From positions 1 through 64,000 of the forward strand of contig CBDBPB010000008.1 in NCBI GenBank assembly GCA_965208615.1: DNA of 64,000 nucleotides, in the 5' to 3' direction. Within the stretch, counting starts at the first letter, position 1. Each line of letters begins with the position of its first letter. The notes beneath the pieces were generated by a model that searched no databases, was not told where the DNA came from, and saw nothing but the letters and a program-made list of their open reading frames with translations. The translations under genes and the position numbers were made by a program. The stretch comes from Spirochaetota bacterium (GTDB lineage Bacteria; Spirochaetota; UBA6919; CBDBPB01). Of this stretch, positions 22,516-31,704 are shown one piece after another.

Positions 22516-23876
22516 ATATTTTCTGAACTTGCTATAACTTTATTATGGGATAGCAACGAACTAGGTAAACTTACTCCAGATAGCTCACTAGTTCTAATCA
22601 GCTTTTTAACGGTATCTTTCTTTGAAGTAAGCCTTCCAGCCATATTCAGAGTAAAGAATAATAATGGGTGACTCAAATTACCCCATAATCTTTTATATAC
22701 CGACGAAAACGAATAAAACTCTTTTTTCATATTTAAATATCTTAGAGTAAGTTCTTCAGCAGTCATATTTTTTGGCCTATAAACTACAGTACAATGATCA
22801 TAATACTGCCAATCCTCAGTTATTAACCTATTCTCTTCTTTAAGCTGTTTATAAATACCAGTACCCGGATATGGTGTCATAATGTTAAAGGAGCAACTAG
22901 GAATTTTATTTCGCAATAGAAACTCTAAAGTTTCATCAAAGGTAGCCTCATTATCATCATCGAAGCCAAACACCAAAGATGCATGAAAATGGATACCTAT
23001 ATCCTTTATTCGTTTTATAGAGTCCTCTATTTTGGATATATCCTTAATACTTTTTCTCATTTTTTTTAGAAGTGTAGTGGATACACTTTCCAATCCGAAA
23101 AAAAGTCCAACACAACCGCTCTTAGCGGCTAAACTCATTAATTCACTATCTTTTACAAAAGATATAGATGCCTGGCCTACCCACTTTATATTTAGAGGGA
23201 TTAATGCTCTAAATAGCTCCTTAGCATATTTAGGTTTACCAATAATATTATCATCCAAAAACAGAAATCTATTGCTCCCGGATGATTTAATATCATTAAC
23301 TACATTTTCTATAGGTAGATGACGTAATTTTTTACCATAAAACTGTGGTACACAACAAAAATTGCAATTATAAGGGCAACCCCTTGTAGTAACAATAGGT
23401 TTAACGTCAAAAGTAGTCTTAGCCTTGGATAAATCTCTTCTTGGCGGTGGATAATTATTTACATCGGGTTGAAAGTTTTCATAAATGGGTTTTAATTTGG
23501 ATTGTTCAAAGTCAGTCAAAAGTTTTTCCCATGCACCTTCTGCCTCCCCTACTATTACGGAATCACCATATTTAAGTGCTTCATTGGGTAGAACAGTAGG
23601 ATGCACACCCCCAAATACAACAGTTTTACCTTTTTGTTTAAACTTTTTAGCTATTTCATATCCTCTATTTGCATTAGCAGTCATACAGCTTATACCAACT
23701 ATATCACAGTCTTTGTTTAAATCTATATCCTCAATTTCTTCTTCGACGATTTCGACATCGTAGTTGGATGGTGTTATAGAAGCGACAATACTAAGGGCAA
23801 TTTCTGGTATTCTAAATGCTTTTTGAGTTCTATTCCCTTTTGAAGAAAGAGGGGAAATTAATAGTATTTTTTTCAT
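22512..23876 (-). CDS. cobalamin-binding radical SAM protein (class B methylase-like)
   Basis: GGVHPT..P, VIVGEAE (B12 domain); [11 protein letters not shown] (CxxxCxxC); FLDDN, GLES, TPYPGT. Confidence 0.88.
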   Translation of the reverse strand: MKKILLISPLSSKGNRTQKAFRIPEIALSIVASITPSNYDVEIVEEEIEDIDLNKDCDIVGISCMTANANRGYEIAKKFKQKGKTVVFGGVHPTVLPNEALKYGDSVIVGEAEGAWEKLLTDFEQSKLKPIYENFQPDVNNYPPPRRDLSKAKTTFDVKPIVTTRGCPYNCNFCCVPQFYGKKLRHLPIENVVNDIKSSGSNRFLFLDDNIIGKPKYAKELFRALIPLNIKWVGQASISFVKDSELMSLAAKSGCVGLFFGLESVSTTLLKKMRKSIKDISKIEDSIKRIKDIGIHFHASLVFGFDDDNEATFDETLEFLLRNKIPSCSFNIMTPYPGTGIYKQLKEENRLITEDWQYYDHCTVVYRPKNMTAEELTLRYLNMKKEFYSFSSVYKRLWGNLSHPLLFFTLNMAGRLTSKKDTVKKLIRTSELSGVSLPSSLLSHNKVIASSENI

Positions 23877-23912
23877 TAATTTTCCTTAAAAAAGTTTATA
23901 CCTAATTATAAT

Positions 23913-23947
23913 AAAAAACATGGGCTTTTATTATTAAAACCCATGTT
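23913..23947 (-). terminator. intrinsic terminator after the Cys-rich gene
   Basis: AACATGGG-TTTTA...TAAAA-G-CCCATGTT hairpin followed by a T run on the minus strand. Confidence 0.65.
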
Positions 23948-23991
23948 AATATAAAATAACATAAATTATAAATAAAGTTTTATAGCCTTAT

Positions 23992-24524
23992 TTAATTACA
24001 TTCCGGATCATTGGAATTAAATTCTCTACTAATAGCAATTTTACCACTAGAAGTCATTTTGTCTTTATTAAAACTATCACATTCCGATTTATTAAGGCCT
24101 TTAAAACATATACGATGAATAACAACATAGATTTTTTTGTCCTGTTCTAGTTTAGCCAATTCAATAAGACAGTTTTTACGATTTTTAATATCTTCACTAC
24201 ATGTTGTTGAAGCACCCGACCAACTTTGTCCATCATCAGAACACTCACTCTTTTTCTTATTTTCTTCACAAGTTATCTTTTTAGCAGATATTTCTATGAT
24301 TTCAGTTTTACTAGATTGATCGAACTTAATGCTAAAACTACTGCTCCAAGCCTTTTCTACATGCTTTTCACATACTCCTAATCTTTCTGTACCAGAATCA
24401 GACTTATTATCAGAATTAGGTTTAACATTTTTACCAGTTAGCAAGTCAATATCTTCATCACAGAGTCCCTGTATTGTTAGCCCACAAGTTAAGATCAACA
24501 TCACAAATAATGTTTTTTTTTCAT
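23992..24524 (-). CDS. Cys-rich exported protein or lipoprotein of unknown function; natural ATG at 24524 is out of frame by one base in an A9 tract
   Basis: ORF 23992..24564 holds hydrophobic TLFVMLILTCGLTIQGLC followed by two C...C.x5.KSEC...C modules. AAGGT-N8-ATG-A9 at 24524 gives MKKKTLF... if one A is added. Confidence 0.55.
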
Positions 24525-24927
24525 AAAAGTATACCTTTTTAAATTTCATAAGAAAAGTTAACACAAAAAATAAATAAAGCCAATCTTTTAAAAAAAAGTT
24601 ATTTTATAGCTATTAGCAAGGGCTATACCTTAATATAGCTAAGTATTACAAGGGTTTTAGCGGAGTATAGCAAAGAGACTTTATCATAAAATGATAAGTA
24701 AGTTATTAAATAATATCCCTTCCAAAATAAATAAATTATCCAAATGTCTTTTATTATAAAATAGTAAATAACAATAAAATAACTCTACAATTTATAGTAA
24801 ATTATATCAAAGAATTTGTTTTATTAAAAAATGAGGCTATATTTTTAATTAGAAAGATTAAAAATATAAAAATTAATCTAAATTATGAAAGTATCTCACC
24901 ATATTACTTTAAGTAAAGGAGCTCCCA

Positions 24928-25272
24928 ATGAATGCAAGTGCTAAAAGACGTAAAAATAATAAACTAAATGCATTTTGGAAAGTCTATCGTAAGGACCTTA
25001 CATGGGGCTATTTAATAAAACTACATGAAAAAGGTATAAAAGTCCTACTAAACAAAGATGAAGAGGTTAGTGATGATAAGTTTACTATCAAAATTGATCC
25101 TCCAAAAGAAGTTAATATTGATAGCATTGACGTTGGGATACACCAACTACTAGTAAATACAGATAATAGTATACAATTTAACGAAATAGATTGCCAGTTC
25201 CACAGACTAACTATAGAACAAAAATCTAAACTAAAACAACTAATCCGTACCTTTAAAAAAGATAACCAATAA
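24928..25272 (+). CDS. stand-alone PilZ-like domain protein with degenerate c-di-GMP motifs
   Basis: 114 aa; KRRKNNK at the RxxxR position, WGYLIKLHEKGI at the GxxxD/NxSxxG position, C-terminal CQF..LT.EQ..KL..LI helix; SD AAGGAG. Confidence 0.5.
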   Translation: MNASAKRRKNNKLNAFWKVYRKDLTWGYLIKLHEKGIKVLLNKDEEVSDDKFTIKIDPPKEVNIDSIDVGIHQLLVNTDNSIQFNEIDCQFHRLTIEQKSKLKQLIRTFKKDNQ

Positions 25273-25300
25273 AAATAATCTTATAACAAGGCTCAATAAT

Positions 25301-26287
25301 CTAATGAGCCTTTAACCTAAACCTAGGTATAACCTCATCCACAATAATAGCCCTTGCACTATCAAATGAAGCGGATAACGTAAAACCAGCTGCCTTGTCA
25401 TGGCCACCACCACCAAAACACCTTGCAACCTCATTAACCTTAAAATCACTCTTACTCCGCAAGCTAACCTTAATTAATGAATCCTCAACCTCCCTAACAA
25501 ATATAGAAAAATCAACACCCCTAATACTAGCACCAATCTTAACTAATGAATTACGATCCTCTTCACCAGCACCACACTCACTATAAAAAGACTGCCTCAA
25601 ATAAGTTAAGGCTACCTTACCATCACAAAATAACTCCAAAGTCATTGCTACCCTATTATTAAGCCTTAATGCAGCATAAGTAAAACTCTCAAATAACCTC
25701 TCATAAATGGAATTGGTATCTATATCATAATTCATAATCTCGGCAACAACCTCATGGGTATGCTTTGTAGTAAGGTCATAACGAAAAGAACCAGTGTCAT
25801 ACACAATACCAGTGTATAATGCAAGAGCTATGTCCTTAGTAATATCACAACCACTAACCTTTAAAAAATCATACACTAACTCTGAACTAGATGAATAGTC
25901 CATAGCTACAACATTTACCGTTCCAAAATAATCATTATCAATATGGTGGTCTAAATTAATAACTGTAATACGATCATCAATAAGAGATAAATACTTTCCC
26001 ACCCTATTACTACTACCTATATCAACACAAATAATAAGATCATAAGGCGGATTAGAATATTCAGAATACGTAATATAAGACTCATTGGGTAAAAGATAAT
26101 AATTATTAGAATCTAGCTCTGACTGAAAACCAATCTTACACCTCTTACCCAGCCTTAAACAACTCATAAGAATGGCATAAGCACTTGCTATAGCATCAGG
26201 ATCAGGATCAATATGCGGAATAACCAATACGTTATTAGCAGAAGTTATAAAACTAATAATACTCTTAAATTCAGCCTCGTAAGCCAT
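25301..26287 (-). CDS. nrnA: DHH/DHHA1 phosphoesterase (bifunctional oligoribonuclease/pAp phosphatase)
   Basis: HIDPDPDA, VD, LDHH, YDTGSF, SLRSK, FGGGGHDKAAG. Confidence 0.85.
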   Translation of the reverse strand: MAYEAEFKSIISFITSANNVLVIPHIDPDPDAIASAYAILMSCLRLGKRCKIGFQSELDSNNYYLLPNESYITYSEYSNPPYDLIICVDIGSSNRVGKYLSLIDDRITVINLDHHIDNDYFGTVNVVAMDYSSSSELVYDFLKVSGCDITKDIALALYTGIVYDTGSFRYDLTTKHTHEVVAEIMNYDIDTNSIYERLFESFTYAALRLNNRVAMTLELFCDGKVALTYLRQSFYSECGAGEEDRNSLVKIGASIRGVDFSIFVREVEDSLIKVSLRSKSDFKVNEVARCFGGGGHDKAAGFTLSASFDSARAIIVDEVIPRFRLKAH

Positions 26288-26337
26288 AACATCCCCTTTT
26301 AAAAAAGCTTTATCAAAATAAAACCCTAAATAACACT

Positions 26338-28464
26338 CTAAAACTTTATCCTTGCATAATAAGTCTTCTCAGATGCAAGCCTTGCCTCTTTAAGAGTGGT
26401 TATCCCCCTTTCCTTAAGCAATGACAATAATTTTAAAAATACCTCTCCAGTAGCAATGGCATCCCCCAATGCTGTATGACGCCCCATAATGTTTATTCCA
26501 AGACGCTTTGCTATATCCTCCAAACTATGACTCTCATGATTAGGGTGTATGACAGCAGATAATAATAAAGTATCCAATACAGGATTTATAAACTTAATAC
26601 CAGTTCTCTTTTCTTTTAACTGCAAAAACCTCATATCAAATGCGGCATTATGTGCAACCAATATACTATCATCAACAAAGTTATGAAAAATAGGTAAAAC
26701 ATCATCAATAATTGGCTGTCCATTTAGCATACTATACCTAATACCAGTTATCTCAACAGTCTCAGGCGATAAACTACGCTTAGGATTAACTAATTGCTCA
26801 TAAACCTCATCCCGTAGTAATCTTCCGTTTATAGCTCTAATAGCACCAATGGATATAATCTCATCACCTTCTGATGGGTGTAAACCAGTTGTCTCTGTAT
26901 CAAAAATTGTATAACTTAAGTCAGTCAAAAGCCTATTGTCCAGTTCATCGGTCTGACCAGCCTGATGGAACATATCAAAGTCATAAAACTCAGGCCTACT
27001 GCTAATAGTAGGTATAACTAAATCAACCTGAACAGGGGGGGCATAAGACTTTAGTAATAAGCGAATATAAAACTTATCCTCATCTTTTAATAATCCAGAC
27101 CATATCTCAGCATCATGCCTCTTCATAGCCTCCCTAAAGGTTATTGATACATCCTTATTTGTAAACACTTTTTCATCAGCCCAACTGTTTAAAGTATCCA
27201 CATCAATAGCCTTACCATCCCATATTAAGTCAACATTAATAAAATGATTCTTACTATCAAGCCTACACTTAATATCACCCTCAGCAAAACCACTTTTTAA
27301 ACGATTTAATAAAAATAAAATAGACTGGATAAATGAATGAGAATCTAGCTTCATCCATTGACCATTATTATTAATCTCAGTGCTAATGTCTAAACTAAGC
27401 TTATCCAATGCCCTCCTCTTAAGAGCTGATAAAAAGTCTTGTCCAGACATATCATCAAATAAACAATGTATCTTAAAATGCCTGTGACTACCCCTAATCT
27501 CTTTATCAAACCTGTCAGTAACATTAACAGTCTCATTTAAAATGACCTCTCTAAACTTATCCCTCTGATCAATACCCATATCTGGGAATCTAATAATTAC
27601 CTCTACAGCAGTACGTATAACAGCTATTGACGACCTAGTTTGCTCCACCAAAGATTGAAATAAACTATCACGTATAACATCCCCTTCAACCTGTTCAGTT
27701 ACGTCATTAGCAATCACAATAAAGCCAATCATCTCTTTTGAGTGATTAAGAATTGGTACAATTTGTGTTCTCAACAGCTTATTAGTCTTTGCCTTAACAA
27801 CAATCTGTGCAGTAATAGCAGAACCAGTACTATCAAGGCTATGCTTAATATCCTCAAGAGAATGAACAACTAAATCCTTATTCATAACACCAAATAATGA
27901 CCTTCCAAGACCAATTATACTACCACAGTCAGTACCCTCAGCAAAAAACATCTTCTTAACGCTATGATTATATAAAATAATCTGCCCCTCTATATTACAA
28001 ACCATAATACCATCTGCTAAACCGGATATTAATGCCGCTAATGTATTTTTCTCGTTCTCAAGCCTAATACCAGCCTTATTAACCCTCTCATCTATACCCA
28101 TATTAATATCGTATACCCTCTTTGCAACATCGTTCATAACATTAGCAAGACTCTTTATCTCTTTACTACCCCTCTCTTTAATACGATGACTAGGATTGAC
28201 AGTTGTCATCAATATGGTCTCCTCAGCTAATCTGTTTAGAGGAACTATCAAATTAGTTATTAACCAATTTAGTAAAAAGCCTAACACTCCAATAACCAAT
28301 AAAATACCCACTAAAGCCAATATAATATATTTCTCAAACAGATGATAAAAAAACTCTATCTCTCTAGTGTCCAGCTGTAACCAAAATATAGTGGATATAA
28401 TAGCCATTAATAATATTGGTAAAAAAAGACTAAGTATCATCCACAAAGGATAACGCTTATTCAT
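26338..28464 (-). CDS. membrane sensor-like protein: 2 TM - HAMP - PAS - degenerate HisKA/HATPase - DEDDh 3'-5' exonuclease
   Basis: Two N-terminal TM helices; PLNRLAE..EIKSLA (HAMP); LADGIMVCNIEGQIILYN...NDVT (PAS); C-terminal FDTETTG, VAHNAAFD, RHTALGDA (Exo I-III). Confidence 0.8.
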   Translation of the reverse strand: MNKRYPLWMILSLFLPILLMAIISTIFWLQLDTREIEFFYHLFEKYIILALVGILLVIGVLGFLLNWLITNLIVPLNRLAEETILMTTVNPSHRIKERGSKEIKSLANVMNDVAKRVYDINMGIDERVNKAGIRLENEKNTLAALISGLADGIMVCNIEGQIILYNHSVKKMFFAEGTDCGSIIGLGRSLFGVMNKDLVVHSLEDIKHSLDSTGSAITAQIVVKAKTNKLLRTQIVPILNHSKEMIGFIVIANDVTEQVEGDVIRDSLFQSLVEQTRSSIAVIRTAVEVIIRFPDMGIDQRDKFREVILNETVNVTDRFDKEIRGSHRHFKIHCLFDDMSGQDFLSALKRRALDKLSLDISTEINNNGQWMKLDSHSFIQSILFLLNRLKSGFAEGDIKCRLDSKNHFINVDLIWDGKAIDVDTLNSWADEKVFTNKDVSITFREAMKRHDAEIWSGLLKDEDKFYIRLLLKSYAPPVQVDLVIPTISSRPEFYDFDMFHQAGQTDELDNRLLTDLSYTIFDTETTGLHPSEGDEIISIGAIRAINGRLLRDEVYEQLVNPKRSLSPETVEITGIRYSMLNGQPIIDDVLPIFHNFVDDSILVAHNAAFDMRFLQLKEKRTGIKFINPVLDTLLLSAVIHPNHESHSLEDIAKRLGINIMGRHTALGDAIATGEVFLKLLSLLKERGITTLKEARLASEKTYYARIKF

Positions 28465-28835
28465 AACATCACCCCCTGTAATAACTGTTGTACCTTATTT
28501 ATTAATTCATCAGTAGAAAAGGGTTTTACAATATAAAGATCAGCACCTAAAGCCATACCCTTGGCTATATCCTTATCCCTACCCTTTGACGTTAAAAAAA
28601 TAATCTTTATATTAGATAAATCAGAACCTTCACGAATCCTCTGACAAATGTCAAAGCCAGTGCAGTTTGGTAATATTACATCAAGTATAATAAGCTCTGG
28701 CTTATGTTTTACTGCTGTATTATATATCTCATTTTTGCTGGAGACAATTAATACATCATATCCCTCTTTTTTCATAATAAACTCAAGGGATACTGTTAAA
28801 CCAGGATCACTATCCACAATAAGTACCTTAGACAT
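28461..28835 (-). CDS. single-domain response regulator (receiver)
   Basis: VLIVDSD, LDVILP (phospho-Asp), FLTSKG, YIVKPF; ATG at 28835 has a GGAG SD; stop overlaps the next start (ATGA). Confidence 0.88.
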   Translation of the reverse strand: MSKVLIVDSDPGLTVSLEFIMKKEGYDVLIVSSKNEIYNTAVKHKPELIILDVILPNCTGFDICQRIREGSDLSNIKIIFLTSKGRDKDIAKGMALGADLYIVKPFSTDELINKVQQLLQGVML

Positions 28836-29324
28836 AATAAGCTCCGTATTAATTTTAAGCCACAAAAAAATAGCTTTAACTATCTGTTAACTATTACTCT
28901 ATCATTTAGATAAAGAATTATTATAAAGGGCTATTTATATAAATAAACCTTCTTAGAGCAATTGTTAAACCTATGACCAAAATATATATCAAAATTAATA
29001 TAGAAAAATAACATAGGCAAATCTATTTATACTAATTGTGCCGGTTATACTTTTTTAGTCATAACTGATTTTCTTATTTTTATAAAAAAACTTTAAAAAT
29101 ACTTCAAATTCAATAAAAAAAAAACTTATTTTTTGTATATTTATTAACAAGCAGATGTTAGTTTACGCTCTAGAACTCAGCAAGGTGAGTGCATATAAAT
29201 ATAGAAAGAGTTTTTTTCTATAAGATTAACTGATGATAAAGCATATAACGTAAAGATAGTGCATTTTACATCTACAAAATCTAAATTTGGAAGGCCTTTA
29301 TAATATATTAGCTATACCTATTTC

Positions 29325-29675
29325 TTATTGCGGTAAATATCTATAACCAATTAACAAAATAACTAAACATACTATAATCCCGCATATAGACATAATTAAA
29401 CCATTAATGTCTTCCCGAGCAGATATAGAATCTCTTAAATTATGCTCCCCCTCATAAGATTGCTCAATCTCTGTATAAAAATATGCTCCAACATCAATTT
29501 GATTATCCTTGGCAACCTTAACTATATCAGATAATATAGGTATATTCTCTCCTATTGCTGGTATAAACCATATTCCACTTAAAAAAATTATTACTATAGA
29601 TGATAATAATACTATCCACTTTTTTACTAAGGAAAGCCTAATTAGCCTTTCCTTAATGTTATTTTTACTCGCCAT
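29325..29675 (-). CDS. small membrane protein (2 TM) coupled to the YeiH-like transporter
   Basis: Starts 3 nt after the transporter stop; two hydrophobic helices flank IDVGAYFYTEIE. Confidence 0.6.
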   Translation of the reverse strand: MASKNNIKERLIRLSLVKKWIVLLSSIVIIFLSGIWFIPAIGENIPILSDIVKVAKDNQIDVGAYFYTEIEQSYEGEHNLRDSISAREDINGLIMSICGIIVCLVILLIGYRYLPQ

Positions 29676-29678
29676 TTA

Positions 29679-31439
29679 TTATATTCGTGATGCAACGTCA
29701 GTTATCACATAAAACATAAGATAGGCAATCAAAAGCGTAAGTGCAAGATTAAAACTCTGCCCCGTAATATATAGTATAAGGGGCTTACCACCTTTAAAAT
29801 GCTCCTTAAGCTCACGGAAATTAGTAGCTAAACCAATACTAACAAAAGAAAGTGAAAAAAACCAACTTCGATAAAGATCACTCATCCCCTTAACTGTACC
29901 CTGATCAATCATGGAATATCCTAAACCAACAGCCTCAGACTCAGCCGAAGAATAAAATAAAGAAAATACAATAGAGGCAATAATAAAACCAATAACAAAC
30001 TTTGGAAACCTATACCAAATCTCCAAAACCCCAACTTTTTGCCCTGTTTCAGCAACCTCAACCTTAGTAGTAAAATAAACAGCAACAAATAGTGCAATAA
30101 CACCAATAAGAACATTCTGTATCATCTTAATAGTTGCGGCAACATGAAGAGCCTTCTCACCTAAAAAAGCTCCAGCAGCTGCAACAGCACCAGTTGCATC
30201 AATAGTACCCCCCATCCAGGCTCCCCCTAAGACCATTTGCATATCCACAGGAAAAAACGCCTTTATAATAGCAGGCATAACAACCATCATAATAGCTGTA
30301 AATATTAAAGATAGTCCTACAGCTAAAGTTAACTCCTCCTTTTTAGCCTTACACGCAGCAGCAGTAGCTATAGCCGCAGATACACCGCAAACCGACATGT
30401 CAGAACAAATAGTAGCATTTAACCTCTTGGATGCAATCCTTAAAACTTTTTGACCAAACCAATAAGTTAATAACCATACAGTTGGAGTAACTACCCATGC
30501 AACAAATATACCAGCTTGACCAATTATTAAAATCTTCTCAAATAATATCTTTGCCCCAAGTAATACCAAACCCGTTTTTATGTAAAACTCAGTCTGTACA
30601 GCAGGCTTAATCCAATTAGGAGTACCTATTGTATTGCTAATTAACATCCCAATTATAATAGACCATGCCGCATAACCAATACCATAAAACTTCATAGTAG
30701 CCTGGTTACTTATTAACCATGCAAGTATGGCTATCATAAATACACCCGCAAAAGCAATAATAAACTTCCTAAGTGAATTGCCCATAATCTTTATAGCAAC
30801 ACCAAATAATAATGCAAAAAATATACCAAGACCAACTAAATATTCAATTCGGTTATAAGGTTTTATACCCTTTGCCTTTTTCTTTAAGCTTTTAAACTTC
30901 TTACTATGAGCCTCATTTCTCCAGCTGTTAATAGCCAGCTCTGCCTTAGTATTTAACTCTTTATTCTTAAAATTAGCCTCTTTAGCTTTATTTTGAGCTT
31001 CTTTTGCCTTGTTAAAAGACTCATCCGCCATAACCTTAGCTTTTTCATACTTTAACTTAGCTTTCTCAGTCCTTTTTTGAGCCTCTTCTTTACTTAAATA
31101 AAATGCCTCTATAGGATTAGTAGCCCACTTATGAGGTTTACTTGTAAACTTCTTTAGCCACTTGCCAGTAGATATTTTCTTTGCCTGTACACTTCTTTTG
31201 GCATCATAGTTTTTATACCACGCAATATTCTTAAAAGGCTCTGTTCTAACCTTGTCTGCCCACTTTGTATTAGCCTTGTTAATCTTATCTTTCATTATGT
31301 TTTTTTGAGGTAAGTAAATAATTATACCAGCAATGAGTATAATAAAAGCTATCCATATAGCCCACCAGTCTTCAGTTTGCCACATTTCAGACCATTTCCA
31401 TCTTCCAACATCTTTTACAACATTATTATTGTTTTCCAC
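29679..31439 (-). CDS. putative sulfate exporter family (YeiH/UPF0324) membrane protein with a large basic soluble insert
   Basis: EDWWAIW, EFYIKTGLVLLGA, SVCGVSAAIA, GGTIDATGAVAAAG, RFPKFVIGF, FVSIGL.TNF. Confidence 0.8.
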   Translation of the reverse strand: MENNNNVVKDVGRWKWSEMWQTEDWWAIWIAFIILIAGIIIYLPQKNIMKDKINKANTKWADKVRTEPFKNIAWYKNYDAKRSVQAKKISTGKWLKKFTSKPHKWATNPIEAFYLSKEEAQKRTEKAKLKYEKAKVMADESFNKAKEAQNKAKEANFKNKELNTKAELAINSWRNEAHSKKFKSLKKKAKGIKPYNRIEYLVGLGIFFALLFGVAIKIMGNSLRKFIIAFAGVFMIAILAWLISNQATMKFYGIGYAAWSIIIGMLISNTIGTPNWIKPAVQTEFYIKTGLVLLGAKILFEKILIIGQAGIFVAWVVTPTVWLLTYWFGQKVLRIASKRLNATICSDMSVCGVSAAIATAAACKAKKEELTLAVGLSLIFTAIMMVVMPAIIKAFFPVDMQMVLGGAWMGGTIDATGAVAAAGAFLGEKALHVAATIKMIQNVLIGVIALFVAVYFTTKVEVAETGQKVGVLEIWYRFPKFVIGFIIASIVFSLFYSSAESEAVGLGYSMIDQGTVKGMSDLYRSWFFSLSFVSIGLATNFRELKEHFKGGKPLILYITGQSFNLALTLLIAYLMFYVITDVASRI

Positions 31440-31636
31440 AATTTAACCTGCTTTAAAAAAGGTTTTATAACTCAACTTTTATTTAAAGGAAAAAGAAATA
31501 TAATATAATTAGCAATAAACAGCAATAGCTTTATGACTTTTTTAATTATATTAAAAATAAAACTAAAGAAAATTAAAGTTATATGTATTAATAAATATAC
31601 TTGAGTGTTATGATATGAAAAGCCTTTTAGCATTTA

Positions 31637-31677
31637 AATCGAATGTATATTTTGTTAAACAAGATATACATTCGATT
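31637..31677 (-). terminator. long hairpin (14-bp perfect stem extending to about 19 bp) after the CPA2 antiporter
   Basis: AATCGAATGTATAT ... ATATACATTCGATT perfect inverted repeat about 27 nt past the stop. Confidence 0.65.
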
Positions 31678-31704
31678 GTTTTATAGGGTATAAAGTTAAA
31701 AGTT

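Noticed and set aside
26338-28464. Annotation as replicative DNA polymerase III epsilon (dnaQ)
   Set aside because: The nuclease is the C-terminal quarter of a membrane HAMP/PAS protein coupled to a receiver, which is not DnaQ architecture.
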